From the NCBI GenBank assembly GCA_965216875.1, contig OZ244207.1, positions 6,112,001 to 6,176,000 of the forward strand: a DNA stretch of 64,000 nt, in the 5' to 3' direction. Positions within the stretch are counted from its first letter, which is position 1. Each line of letters starts with the position of its first letter. Positions 18,454-29,026 of the stretch are shown here, piece by piece. Below the pieces are notes generated by a model. The model was not told the origin of the DNA, ran no database searches, and worked only from the letters and a program-made list of their open reading frames with translations. The position numbers were made by a program, and so were the translations under genes. The DNA comes from Rubripirellula sp. GTDB lineage: Bacteria; Planctomycetota; Planctomycetia; Pirellulales; Pirellulaceae.

Positions 18454-19069
18454 CGTTACGAATTTGATTCACCGCAGACGGAGTGTAACCTTCCCACACT
18501 CCTGCGATGTTCCCCTCGCCATCGACGAGAACCGAAGTTGGATAGTAAAGGTTCGGTCTCTCAAGTCGATCTAACAAACTGGTGCGAGTGACTCCGCGCG
18601 GGTCGGCGTAAACCATCTGGTCCGTGATCGCGTTTTGGCTGAAATAGTCCTTTGTCTTCAGCCAAAGGCCATTGAACGTTTCCCTGTTGTTGCTTTCACA
18701 CGAAACGGAAATGAACCGAAAACGACGGTCATCACTCAGCTGAGCTGTCATTTCCGAAAGATGCGGGTATTCCATGCGACATGGACCGCACCACGTCCCC
18801 CAAAAATGAACGAGCGTGACTTGGCCATCTTGTAGAGGTGCGGCCTGGTCCCATGTCGCATCGTCGGAGAGGCGAACCAGATCAACCTCAGGTCCCGGTT
18901 TGCCAACCGCTGGACTATCTTGAATCGCGTAGGTGGGCATCGCCGATCGAATGATCAAAGCGACGGGAATGACCAACACGAGCGGCACAAGTAGCCACCA
19001 TCGAAACCCTGCACCACCAGACGTGGTTGGCAATTCGCGATCGTTCGGCTGGTTGGTCGTTTCGTCCAA
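18419..19069 (-). CDS. TlpA/ResA-like membrane-anchored thiol-disulfide oxidoreductase
   Basis: N-terminal TM, HFWGTWCGPCRMEYP, YPTSVLVD. Confidence 0.88.
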   Translation of the reverse strand: MDETTNQPNDRELPTTSGGAGFRWWLLVPLVLVIPVALIIRSAMPTYAIQDSPAVGKPGPEVDLVRLSDDATWDQAAPLQDGQVTLVHFWGTWCGPCRMEYPHLSEMTAQLSDDRRFRFISVSCESNNRETFNGLWLKTKDYFSQNAITDQMVYADPRGVTRTSLLDRLERPNLYYPTSVLVDGEGNIAGVWEGYTPSAVNQIRNVTDHLMAQCDR

Positions 19070-19264
19070 AAAGCTATCTCGTCAGTGTCCGTGTGTACCG
19101 AGAGTTATGTGTCCTGCGTTGCTTGCCCCAGCGCCGAAGAGCGCTATCACTATACCGTTCGACTCAGATTGACCAAGTCGAACCTGAATGACGAATTGCG
19201 CAAGTAGCTATGATCGTGATTGCTACGAGAGGAACACCCAACCGAGGATCAAGAAAACGAGTTG

Positions 19265-20173
19265 ATGCGAAACACCGCCCCCACTGTCGGCTTCATCCTC
19301 GCCTATGTCTTAATGTCTGCGCATGGACTGACGTCCGCCAGCGCTCAATCAACCTCTGACGATCAACGCCAAACGTTAGAGCTTGACGACCAGCGTGTTA
19401 ACGAAAGCAGCGGTCTGGCCATTTCGAATCGAACCGCGAACCGACTGTGGACTCACAATGATTCCGGCGGAAAACCGCAACTCTATTGTTTCGACACCAA
19501 CGGCAAACGAAAGGGTAAGTGCGATTTGCCATCGATTCGTCCTAACGATTGGGAAGACATGGCGTCCTTTGTTGACGACGGTGTTGCCCGGCTGCTTGTT
19601 GCGGACTGTGGCGACAACAATTCTCGGCACAGCAGTATCGAGTTGCATCTTTTTGACGAGCCGAAAACCGACAAATCGACAACGATACAAACTGAGACGA
19701 TTCAAACGATTCGCGTGCGATACTCGGATGGTCCCCGCGACTGCGAAGCCGTTGCGGTCGATTCAACGCGCCGAATCATTGTGCTGATAGGGAAAAGCCG
19801 ATTTGGCATCGCAGGTGTCTACACCCTTCCATTGCCTCGACGCGACGAGCCCAAAACGATTCGGCAGACTGCTAAGCGGATCGGATCGATTCCGATCCCA
19901 ATGATCACGGCCGCTGACTTCAATGCCGCGAGCGGCGACCTTTGGGTGATCAACTACTTCATCGCCGTCGAATTCCCCTGTGAGACGCGTGACGAGCCAC
20001 TCAGCAGCCAGATTCCACGAATGGGCCGGAAGCTCGAGCTACCGCGTTTTCGTCAGATCGAAGCGATGGCGATCGACTCAAATCAGGGGATGTGGGTCAC
20101 CAGCGAAGGGGTTCCCGCACCACTGGCCAAGTTGAATGTGGCCAAGGCGGAGTCCGGCTTCGGGTCAAAATAG
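19265..20173 (+). CDS. exported hypothetical protein (probable beta-propeller)
   Basis: Signal peptide; ESSGL, WTHNDSG, DWEDMA, DCGDN, DCEAV and QIEAM motifs. Confidence 0.8.
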   Translation: MRNTAPTVGFILAYVLMSAHGLTSASAQSTSDDQRQTLELDDQRVNESSGLAISNRTANRLWTHNDSGGKPQLYCFDTNGKRKGKCDLPSIRPNDWEDMASFVDDGVARLLVADCGDNNSRHSSIELHLFDEPKTDKSTTIQTETIQTIRVRYSDGPRDCEAVAVDSTRRIIVLIGKSRFGIAGVYTLPLPRRDEPKTIRQTAKRIGSIPIPMITAADFNAASGDLWVINYFIAVEFPCETRDEPLSSQIPRMGRKLELPRFRQIEAMAIDSNQGMWVTSEGVPAPLAKLNVAKAESGFGSK

Positions 20174-20464
20174 CCTTCCGGATCAGAAACTTTCTCACCG
20201 AGTGCCATTGCCACCCGGCGACGTGGCAAGCTATTTGACCATTACCTACTGTTCGATAGTCTCTGCAATGAAAGGTTCTGGGATCTCTGAATCGAGATTC
20301 TCTGGCCTCCGCGTCGCGTGAGACTACGATGAGGTGCTCAAATGATCACCAAGAGTATTAAATTGACGCAGCACCCCAAGGCTGCCTATGCTCTATGGTT
20401 CTCGTAACCGGACGGATCGAAACCCTTCGACATTTTGTCCCACTCAACTCTCGGAGCTTCGAGT

Positions 20465-20908
20465 ATGAAAAAGTTTGCAAGTTTCATGGCCGTCCTTTTG
20501 GTGGCCAGCGCTACCGTCGTCGCGGGCGACGTTGATCTTGATGGCGTCAAATGCGTGGTTGCTCCAAAGGCTGCCAACGCAAGCAAGTCGGCTGACTACA
20601 AAGACGGCAAAGTCTACTTCTGCTGTGGCGGATGTGCCGGCAAGTTCGCCAAAGATTCAAAGAAGTTTGCTGTGAAGGCAAACCACCAATTGGTCGCCAC
20701 AAAACAATACGAACAAAAGGGTTGCCCTTTCTCGGGTGGCAAAGTCAATGCTGACACCGCCGTCAAACTTGCTGGCACCAGCGTTGCTTTCTGCTGCAAC
20801 AACTGCAAAGGCAAAGTCGTCGCTGAGAAAGACGAAGCCAAGCAACTGAAGATGGTCTTCTCGGACAAAGCATTCGGCAAAGGCTTCGCCAAGAAGAGCG
20901 AAGGTTAA
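20465..20908 (+). CDS. exported protein with two YHS/TRASH-like Cys motifs
   Basis: Signal peptide; C...VYFCCGGC and CP...VAFCCNNC. Confidence 0.85.
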   Translation: MKKFASFMAVLLVASATVVAGDVDLDGVKCVVAPKAANASKSADYKDGKVYFCCGGCAGKFAKDSKKFAVKANHQLVATKQYEQKGCPFSGGKVNADTAVKLAGTSVAFCCNNCKGKVVAEKDEAKQLKMVFSDKAFGKGFAKKSEG

Positions 20909-20937
20909 TCTTCATTTGCCCGATTGGAAAATCAATG

Positions 20938-20969
20938 AAGCCGGTTGCTCTCGAGTGGCCGGCTTTTTT
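20938..20969 (+). terminator. intrinsic terminator
   Basis: AAGCCGGTTGCTC-TC-GAGTGGCCGGCTT stem ending in a T-run, between convergent genes. Confidence 0.8.
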
Positions 20970-20993
20970 CATGCGCGGACGGAACGACGAAAG

Positions 20994-22175
20994 CTACTGC
21001 ATTTGCTTTTCGCAAACTTGCAACACCGAATCGATGACTAACTCAACTTGCTCGTCCGTCAGCTTGTCGTAAATCGGTAAATGCACCAGTTGACCAACCA
21101 CTTTCTCTGCGACGGTGCAAGTCACGTTTGATCGCTTCGAAACCTGGTCGTCCAAATGCATCGGGCGCCAATAGGTTCGCGTATCGATGCCAAGGGTCTT
21201 GAGCTCGGCGATGATCTCTTTTGCGTGGTTTACGTTGAGCCGCTCAAGATCGAAGAGGACGGGAAAGAGTTGCCACGTTGCGATTCGATTCGCATCCAAT
21301 CCTGGCAGCGTCAACACGCTGGAAGATTCCAGTCGCTCGACATAGCGTTGTGCAATCGATTGCCGCCGAAGTCTTGCTCTTTCTGCTGAGGCAACATGGG
21401 TTTGCAGCATGGATGCTTCGAGGTCGGTCATTGCATGGGTTTCACGAACATCGCGGGCGACATTCCCCCGTGCTCGGACCGCTCGGCTTGCGATTGCCCT
21501 CAGCTCAGTGGCCAACACTTCGCTGGCCGTGGCGATCATGCCGCCTTCGCCCGAGGTGAGGACCTTCGCTGGATCGAGTGCAAAGCAAGTCATGTCCGCA
21601 GTATCGTTTCCGCAATGACGCCATGGTTGCTCTGACGAAAAACGGATTGCCGCTCCAAACGCGTGCGCCCCATTTTCGATCACCCACAAGTCAAACTCGG
21701 AAGCCAAACCTGCCAGCGACAACGAATCTGCCATTCGCCCACCAACGTGCATCGGCAACATTCCGACCGCTTTGAAACGTGTGGACAACAGTTTTGAGCG
21801 TAGGTCATGCACGTCCCAGTTGAGCGTTGACGGCTCACAATCGACATAGATTGGGATTGCACCACGCTTCGTCAAAGCACCGATTGTCGCGCGGTCGGTT
21901 AACGTTGGCACAAGCACTCCTTCGCCCTCGCTCACCCCGATCGCTTCGAGTGCAAACGCCAGAGCATCAGCGCAGGTGCTTACACCGACACAGTGAACGG
22001 CTCCGATCTGGGCAGCCACGCTCGCTTCGAGATCCGTGACCAAAGGCCCGGGTTGAAGTGGATCTTGGGCGAGTGTGTCGACAGCAAGACCAATCTCGAC
22101 TTCCGAGAGGTTGGGTTGCAGAAACGGTACTTTGACCTCAGCAAGCTCAGCGGTTTTATGATCTTGGCTATTCAT
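20994..22175 (-). CDS. DegT/DnrJ/EryC1/StrS family aminotransferase-like protein (divergent active site)
   Basis: Overall motif order conserved (PIYVD, PMHVGG, KVLTSGEGG, HLPIY), but several PLP-binding positions are altered. Confidence 0.85.
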   Translation of the reverse strand: MNSQDHKTAELAEVKVPFLQPNLSEVEIGLAVDTLAQDPLQPGPLVTDLEASVAAQIGAVHCVGVSTCADALAFALEAIGVSEGEGVLVPTLTDRATIGALTKRGAIPIYVDCEPSTLNWDVHDLRSKLLSTRFKAVGMLPMHVGGRMADSLSLAGLASEFDLWVIENGAHAFGAAIRFSSEQPWRHCGNDTADMTCFALDPAKVLTSGEGGMIATASEVLATELRAIASRAVRARGNVARDVRETHAMTDLEASMLQTHVASAERARLRRQSIAQRYVERLESSSVLTLPGLDANRIATWQLFPVLFDLERLNVNHAKEIIAELKTLGIDTRTYWRPMHLDDQVSKRSNVTCTVAEKVVGQLVHLPIYDKLTDEQVELVIDSVLQVCEKQMQ

Positions 22176-22550
22176 GACCGGCTCGGCTTGAACTCGCACC
22201 ACAAGATGCAAGTGTCAAATCGCAAGGGGTCGCCCCAACATCTGTTTTTCTAAGTTTGCCATCGTGCGGCCTCTGGCTTCGCCCTCACCCGGCAAGCCGG
22301 ACCGCGAACAAGCAAAGACAGCTGGCAGAAATCTGTCTTCATCAATGACTTTGTGGACAAGCGGCGGCGAACGGGAGTGCCCCATCGCAGGCACCGCCTC
22401 GCCAACCTCTGGCATACTACCCCCCCGGTCGGCGATGTCAAGCTTCGCCCCGCATGCTGTGCGACTTTCATTGCCGCAAACGAAATGGGTGCTTGAGCCA
22501 AAATGCGGCGTTAAGATATTGCCTTTTCTCTGCCCACCATCAAATGGACG

Positions 22551-25500
22551 ATGGCTTCGCAATTCCAAAATAACATCCGCAGGACAATCGGGAGTCTGGT
22601 CAGTGCCGTCGCGGTCATTGCGATTGGCGGAACTGCCCGAGCGGAAGAGCCTGCGCGCGAGTTTTTAGACGGCCTTCGCGCTCGCGGATTGCACGATGTT
22701 GCAATCGATTATCTCGACCAGATGTCGACCAGCCCGCTTGCGCCCGCTGAAATTCGAGAGACCGTACTTTACGAAAAGGCCCTCACCTTCATCGCGGCCG
22801 CGCGCACCCAGCGAGACCCGCAAAAGAATGAACGTTTTCTCAACGACGCCAGACGCCTGCTTGAAAGCTTTGTCACCGAGTACCCCGATCACGAAAAGGC
22901 CAATGCTGCCCAAAGCCAACTTGGCAGCTTGATCTTTGAACGTGCCCGCGCCAAAGTCGCGAGCGCAAAGAGCAACAACTCAAAACAACAGTTGACTCAG
23001 GCGCGAAAGCTTTACGAAGAAGCCTTTGCCGTCTTTGGAAAACTCCAATTGTCGGTCGCCAGCGAGCTTGACCAGATCCCCAAGGTGCTCGACACACGCG
23101 ATCGCAAACAAGCCCAGCTTGCCACACGCCGCACGCGACTGCGCGCCGACAACCTGCAAACCGAATTGTTGGCCGCCGCGGCGCGTGAGGAAATGGCGGA
23201 TACCTTTCCAGCCGGCTCCACCGAAGAAGCCAAATACTTGACCGAAGCCGCGTCGCTGTACGACGGCATCTACAAAAACTATCGCAGTCGGCTGGCCGGG
23301 TTTTACGCGCGGATGTATCAGGGTCGCTGCAACCAGAGAATGGGCAAGCTTCGAGACGCACTCGGCTACTACGGCGAACTGCTTGACCAGCCCAATGCAT
23401 CCGATGGCATGTTCAAGCTAAAGACCGAAACCCTGCGCCTGGCGATGGAATGCTGGCTTGCGCCGAGCGAGCGAAAGTACATCGAAACGATCAAACGCGG
23501 TTCTCAGTGGCTCGATCTCGCGCCGCCCAATCAAGATCGACAACCCGATTGGCTCGCGATTCGCCTTAGCCTCGCCAAAGCACTGAAGATGCAGGCCGAT
23601 GCCGCAAAGAACGAAACGCCGCCTGACACCAAACTCTTTCGCCAATCAATCGCCGAAGCCGTTGGGCATGCCAAGTTCGTTGCCGGCGAAAGTGGCCCCT
23701 TGCAAGAACCTGCTCGTGAATTGGTCACCGCACTTGGTGGTATCGCAGACATTGATGAAAAGCTTGAGCCAACCACATTCACTCAGGCTCAATTGGTTGC
23801 CAAAGAAGCACTCGACGCGATCCAACCTACAAGCCAAACCGTCGCAACGTTGACGGCAAAAATTGCGAGTGAACAAGACCAAGCCGCGGTCGCAGCGCTC
23901 AAAGAGCAACTCGAAGCAGCACAGCAAGATCACCTTACCGCCCGTCAGGACGCACTGCGTTACTACAAACTCGCTTTGCAACTTGTCGACGAAAGTACGC
24001 CGCAAAGTGATGTGAATCTGGTTCGGTACTTTCTCTGCTACCTCTACTATCTCGGCAAAGACTACCGCGAAGCAGCCCTTGTCGGCGATTTTGTCTGCAT
24101 GCGTTTTCCCGACAGCGCGGGCGCGAGGCAGTGTGCTCAGATTTCGCTGGCGTGCTACCTGTTGCTCTTCACCACTGCCGAAGAATCAGATCGCCGCTTT
24201 GAAACACGGCGTCTTTTTCGCATCGCCAATCACATCGCTGATCGTTGGCCAGGAACTCCTGACGCAGCAAATTCTCTGTTCACGGTGATCCCTCACTTCG
24301 TCAATGCAGGAAATTGGCAGGATGCCCACTCACTCACGCGGCGCATTCCCGAATCGTCTCCACATCGGCAAGCTGCCGAATTCATCACCGGCCAATCGAT
24401 TTGGGCGTCCGCCGTTCAACAATCAACGCAAATCAAACAATGGGAACTCGATGGATCCGCCGACGGAATCGATCTTCCGAAGCAACGAGCACTCCTGCAA
24501 TCGACTCAACAGACTGCTCGGGAAACACTCGAGGCGGGCTATCGACGGCTCCCTTCACAGCCCGCCGTCACCGCATCCAATGCAACCGCCATGCTGTCGC
24601 TTGCCCAGGTTGCTCACGCGGAACTTGATGATGAATTTGCAATCGAAGTCCTCGAACACGACGTGATCGGCCCACTTGTTTTGGTCGAAAACGGATCGAG
24701 CGAGGTACAGAGCCCCGTCTTCATCGAAGCAACGTACCGCACCGCGCTCGAGGCCTACGTTGCGCTCCTTTCAAGCGGTGACGACGAGATCCTTGCCAAA
24801 GCGAAGTCTGCCATGACCGGGTTGCAAGCGTCGGTTGGTTCCGACACGGCGGCTCAGCAGCGGATGCTCGCCGTGTACGTGAACTTGGCGCGCAGCGTCG
24901 AAGAACAAATGAAATCGGCGCCACCCGCGTCGCGGGCAACCATGGCCGAAGCCTTCGAATCTTTCCTCGGCCAACTTTCCGAAGGCTCGAGTGACGTTGG
25001 AACCTTGAACTGGGTCGCCGAAACGTTTGCGGCCATCGCCACAGGATTCGAAGGGAACGGAATCGAGGGCCCGACGACCTCATCCGACCCTTCCGCCAAA
25101 CGCTACTACGAAGAAGCGAACAAGGCGTTTGTCAATCTCTTGCAACTGCCCAACGTTCCCCCCAAAACGAGAACGCAGATTCGCGTTCGGCAAGCGGCCG
25201 TGTTGACCAAGTCAGGGCAATACGAAGCCGCGCTTAAGATTCTTGAAGAAGTCCTGGCGGAAAACCCAAAAGCGATCAACGTCCAGGTTGAAACGGCGCG
25301 GCTGTTACAAATATGGGGCAAACGTGATCCGGGGATCTACAATCAAGCGATCAGCGGAATCGGGGCCCCAAATTCAAACGCGTGGGGTTGGGGAAAAATT
25401 GCAACGGCCACCCAACCACACAAACTGTTCCGCGAGACGTTCTACGAAGCACGTTATGAACTTGCGAGGTGTCAACTCGAACTCGCGTTAACGAAAGCTG

Positions 25501-25679
25501 CCGCCGACAAAGAGAAACTGCTCGCCGCTGCGTATCGCACGGCGACGCAAACCAAAAAACTCTACCCAACCTTGGGCGGCGTTGGCTGGACAAACAAGTA
25601 CAACGAACTGATTAACCGAATCCTGGTTGCTCAAGGCAAGCAGCCGACCGAACCGATCAACATCGCCGCCCCAAACTAA
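22551..25679 (+). CDS. large exported alpha-helical/TPR-like protein
   Basis: 1042 aa, signal peptide, Ala/Leu/Tyr helical repeats; C-terminal WGWG...FYEARY block. Confidence 0.85.
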   Translation: MASQFQNNIRRTIGSLVSAVAVIAIGGTARAEEPAREFLDGLRARGLHDVAIDYLDQMSTSPLAPAEIRETVLYEKALTFIAAARTQRDPQKNERFLNDARRLLESFVTEYPDHEKANAAQSQLGSLIFERARAKVASAKSNNSKQQLTQARKLYEEAFAVFGKLQLSVASELDQIPKVLDTRDRKQAQLATRRTRLRADNLQTELLAAAAREEMADTFPAGSTEEAKYLTEAASLYDGIYKNYRSRLAGFYARMYQGRCNQRMGKLRDALGYYGELLDQPNASDGMFKLKTETLRLAMECWLAPSERKYIETIKRGSQWLDLAPPNQDRQPDWLAIRLSLAKALKMQADAAKNETPPDTKLFRQSIAEAVGHAKFVAGESGPLQEPARELVTALGGIADIDEKLEPTTFTQAQLVAKEALDAIQPTSQTVATLTAKIASEQDQAAVAALKEQLEAAQQDHLTARQDALRYYKLALQLVDESTPQSDVNLVRYFLCYLYYLGKDYREAALVGDFVCMRFPDSAGARQCAQISLACYLLLFTTAEESDRRFETRRLFRIANHIADRWPGTPDAANSLFTVIPHFVNAGNWQDAHSLTRRIPESSPHRQAAEFITGQSIWASAVQQSTQIKQWELDGSADGIDLPKQRALLQSTQQTARETLEAGYRRLPSQPAVTASNATAMLSLAQVAHAELDDEFAIEVLEHDVIGPLVLVENGSSEVQSPVFIEATYRTALEAYVALLSSGDDEILAKAKSAMTGLQASVGSDTAAQQRMLAVYVNLARSVEEQMKSAPPASRATMAEAFESFLGQLSEGSSDVGTLNWVAETFAAIATGFEGNGIEGPTTSSDPSAKRYYEEANKAFVNLLQLPNVPPKTRTQIRVRQAAVLTKSGQYEAALKILEEVLAENPKAINVQVETARLLQIWGKRDPGIYNQAISGIGAPNSNAWGWGKIATATQPHKLFRETFYEARYELARCQLELALTKAAADKEKLLAAAYRTATQTKKLYPTLGGVGWTNKYNELINRILVAQGKQPTEPINIAAPN

Positions 25680-25691
25680 GCTTCACCATCT

Positions 25692-26717
25692 ATGTTTCGA
25701 GTTTGTCACACGTTTGCAATCGCGTTTGTGTTGACCACGATCGCAACCGCTCAATCAGACCAAGTGTTTGTCAAAGGCGGCTCGTCGATCAGCGGCCGAG
25801 TCGTAGCCTCGACCCAGGCCGAGATCAGCATCGACATGCGCGGCACACCGCGAAAAATCAAAGTCAACCAACTTCGCCGAGTCTCGTTCGCGGGCGAACC
25901 CACCGAATTGAATGCTGGCCGTGGCAAAGCGCTCGCGGGAAAATACCGTTCTGCACTTAGCGACCTTAGCCGAATCGACCCCGCTTCGATTAAGAGTGAA
26001 CTGATCAAACGCGACTTGCAGTTCTTTCTTGCCTTTTGCGAGGGCAAGATCGCGCTCTCGACGGGCGGCGACAAACAGGCAGCATCCGACAAGATGCTCG
26101 CCTTTGTTCGAAGTGTGCCTCAGAGTTTTCACTTTTACAGAGCAGCTCAACTACTGGGCGATCTGGCGGTTGCTCAAGGCGATTACGACAAAGCAGTCAG
26201 CTACTATGGCGCGATCGCAAAGAGCCCGTTCCCCGAATACCAACTCGGCGCAACTCTATCCCAGGCGCGAGCGTTTGTCGGCAAGGCTGACTTTGCAAAG
26301 GCTCAACAAGCGTTCCAGTCGGTACTTGATTCGAAATCCGACGACACCGAATCGAAAAGGCTCAAACGATTTGCAGAAGTCGGGCTGGGACGTTGCATGG
26401 CGGAAACCTCGAGTCCCGCGCAGGGCGTTTCCGTCATCGAAAAAATCATCGCCAACAACGACTCAACCGACGGCGAACTCTTTGCGCGTGCCTACAACGC
26501 TCTAGGCGACTGTCTTCGCAAAGCAGACAATCCGAAAGAAGCTTTGATGGCTTACCTGCATGTCGATGTGCTTTTCTATTCCGACGCCGACGCCCATGCC
26601 GAAGCGTTGTACCACCTGAGTCAACTCTGGGACGCTGCAAAAAAACCTGATCGCGCCGTGGCTGCGAAGAATCTGTTGCAAGAGCGTTACGCGGGAAGCG
26701 TTTGGGCGAATCGGTAG
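25692..26717 (+). CDS. exported tetratricopeptide-repeat protein
   Basis: Signal peptide; TPR-like ARAYNALGDC and ALMAYLHVDVLF...AEALY; starts 12 nt after the previous gene. Confidence 0.85.
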   Translation: MFRVCHTFAIAFVLTTIATAQSDQVFVKGGSSISGRVVASTQAEISIDMRGTPRKIKVNQLRRVSFAGEPTELNAGRGKALAGKYRSALSDLSRIDPASIKSELIKRDLQFFLAFCEGKIALSTGGDKQAASDKMLAFVRSVPQSFHFYRAAQLLGDLAVAQGDYDKAVSYYGAIAKSPFPEYQLGATLSQARAFVGKADFAKAQQAFQSVLDSKSDDTESKRLKRFAEVGLGRCMAETSSPAQGVSVIEKIIANNDSTDGELFARAYNALGDCLRKADNPKEALMAYLHVDVLFYSDADAHAEALYHLSQLWDAAKKPDRAVAAKNLLQERYAGSVWANR

Positions 26718-26743
26718 GGTACCGACCACTGACGGTGTTCTTT

Positions 26744-26820
26744 GTAGCTACCTTCGCCAGAAGGTGGGAATTGTTGGTGGGTGACTTACCATCACACCAC
26801 GCTCTGGCGAGCGTAGCTAC
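26744..26820. repeat. GTAG-type REP doublet (REPIN-like)
   Basis: GTAGCTACCTTCGCCAGAAGGTGG ... CCACGCTCTGGCGAGCGTAGCTAC in inverted orientation; the right half matches 15231-15255 at 24/25. Confidence 0.85.
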
Positions 26821-26890
26821 GAAGGTCAAACGCCCGGCATCGGAAGCGGCTGAAAATCCCGGCGAATGCTGGTACGACGGACGGTGCCTG

Positions 26891-28798
26891 CTACAGCTTT
26901 GGCGGCTTCATTGGGTTCTTGACCTGGACATACGGCACTCGATAGTCCGGTCCAAGATCGACACCAAAACCACGGCGCAACTCCCAACTGGCCCTTGCTG
27001 CCCATGGCGAACCGGGGTGGTTCTTTTGCACGTCGGCAAACAGCGTCCGCGCTCGCTCGATGTAGGGCTTTGCCTCTTCCGTCCGTGTCTTTTTGGTTGT
27101 GCGAATGTCCCAATGAACCAGCTTGCGATTGTTTCGCATCGCAGGTGCTGTTTTGGGATTGTTGATAAACGCATCCAAGGCAACACCATATTCGTAGGTG
27201 CGAGCTTGGTAAGCGACCAATTGAGCAAGAATCAAGTCATAGTTCGCTTGCCACCTTGGATCGACTTCTTGTTCACGCAGTTTGGCACCTGCGATGAGTC
27301 TTCGTTCCGCTTCAGCCATGTATTGCAAATGCATCTTTGCTTTGGCCTGTTCCTGGCGAGTCTGCGCGACAAACTGCTGTGGATTCAGCGAAAACTCCAT
27401 CCGCAACTCAACCGCCTTTTTGGCTTCCTTGTTATGGGGATTTAAATCCTGGATGACTTGCCAAATCAATGTCCGCATCGGGTATTGGTCACGATCGGCG
27501 AGCACTTCGATTCGTGCCCTCAGGTCGGGTCGATAAGGTCGCAACGCCTCCATGTCGTACTTCTGTTTGTTTGCGCCGACGAGGTTCGTTTCAACGCTCG
27601 GCAGCATGAAAAAGATACCGTTCGTCTCACGAGCCATTCGTGTTTGCTCATAAGGCCCAAACCCGCTGCTGAATGCATCGTGTCGTCGTCGAAACCCGTT
27701 GGTTTGCAATTGTTCGGGAAAGCCCGTCTCGGGACCTCGGTCAACCGGCAACCAATGAACTCGCTTTGTTTGCGGGTGTGGCCACCGGATATAGGCATAC
27801 GGGTAACCAAAAACCGATTCGCGTCCAAGCACATAGATTTTGCACTTGTTCGCTTTTGCAATTCGAATCGCTTCTTCTAGATAGGTGTCGTTGTTCTTTC
27901 GATCACCACTCTCGTCGGTAACCAAAATCAATGCCATTTGCCGACCACGCTTGGTCAAGTCCCGGTACGTGCCGATCGCCGTGCCAACGGCGCCACACAT
28001 CATCTCGGTGCCTGAGTCATCAACAGGTACCGAGTCGATCGCTTGGCGAATTTGGCTTCGGTCGGCGGTCGGGTTGTGCAAGGTGTGGTCGATAAATTGG
28101 TCGCCATAACTCGTCACTGCGGTCAACAACGCTTTGTTATTGGTGCGACCGAGTAGGCCCAGTTGTTCGTAGACCGTTTCGATGCGATCACGAATCTCTT
28201 TCTGGTCGTCTTTCATGCTTTCGGATTGGTCAAAGCACCAGACCGCCAGAACGGGCCCCTTGTCGAGCATCCAGACCAATTCCTGAGCCAACCGATCGAG
28301 CGCCTGTTGGTAGCTGTCGACAATATCGCGAGCTTCGCCCTTCACTTCGCCATCGGGCACAGCTGCAATCAGCGAAAGTGCATCGGGAATCCCAATTGTG
28401 GGTGCTGCAATCGGAACGAGAGCCGTGTCTGCCTTTGCGACCAAGGTGGGATCAAGCACCGGCGTGTTGGATGCTGCGGCCGCGGCAGGTGCAGGAGCGG
28501 CGTTGAAGAGTGCCACGTTCTCAACCACCACATCGATCTCTGGATCGAGCTCGACTTCGACCGGCGGATCTTCCTCTTTTTCGGGCGGCGGCACCGCAAT
28601 CATCCGCACCAAGTCGGTCGTTTTGTCTTCCAACGTGACGAGGGCCAAGAACATTAGCACGAGGGTGTGCACGAGAAGTGAAATCACACCTGGTGCCGCC
28701 CCTTTCACGGTGTCAACGACCGACGACTCAATCTCGATCTCGTTGGCTTCGACCGTCACCTTCGCCGATGTCGGTTTCTGTTTTTCGTCGCGCAGCAT
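26891..28798 (-). CDS. membrane-anchored von Willebrand factor A domain protein
   Basis: TM segment SLLVHTLVLMFLAL, Pro/Glu linker, MIDAS DQSESM and VTDE; probable ATG at 28798. Confidence 0.85.
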   Translation of the reverse strand: MLRDEKQKPTSAKVTVEANEIEIESSVVDTVKGAAPGVISLLVHTLVLMFLALVTLEDKTTDLVRMIAVPPPEKEEDPPVEVELDPEIDVVVENVALFNAAPAPAAAAASNTPVLDPTLVAKADTALVPIAAPTIGIPDALSLIAAVPDGEVKGEARDIVDSYQQALDRLAQELVWMLDKGPVLAVWCFDQSESMKDDQKEIRDRIETVYEQLGLLGRTNNKALLTAVTSYGDQFIDHTLHNPTADRSQIRQAIDSVPVDDSGTEMMCGAVGTAIGTYRDLTKRGRQMALILVTDESGDRKNNDTYLEEAIRIAKANKCKIYVLGRESVFGYPYAYIRWPHPQTKRVHWLPVDRGPETGFPEQLQTNGFRRRHDAFSSGFGPYEQTRMARETNGIFFMLPSVETNLVGANKQKYDMEALRPYRPDLRARIEVLADRDQYPMRTLIWQVIQDLNPHNKEAKKAVELRMEFSLNPQQFVAQTRQEQAKAKMHLQYMAEAERRLIAGAKLREQEVDPRWQANYDLILAQLVAYQARTYEYGVALDAFINNPKTAPAMRNNRKLVHWDIRTTKKTRTEEAKPYIERARTLFADVQKNHPGSPWAARASWELRRGFGVDLGPDYRVPYVQVKNPMKPPKL

Positions 28799-29026
28799 AA
28801 GGAATTCCTCGGTTGGCCTTATTGTAGACCCAGGCAGCTCGAATCTCGAAGAGAAATTCTTGCCGACGCCTACTGAACCATCCCCACAACCAATCCATAC
28901 CCAAGAAAAGGGAGAATACGCCCTTCCCCTGTATCGCTTGATCAAATCGCCGATCGAGCACTGCTAAGATGACATTTCTTCCGCTCGGCATCGTGGCCGA
29001 AACTGACCATTTATTGAGGGCAACTT

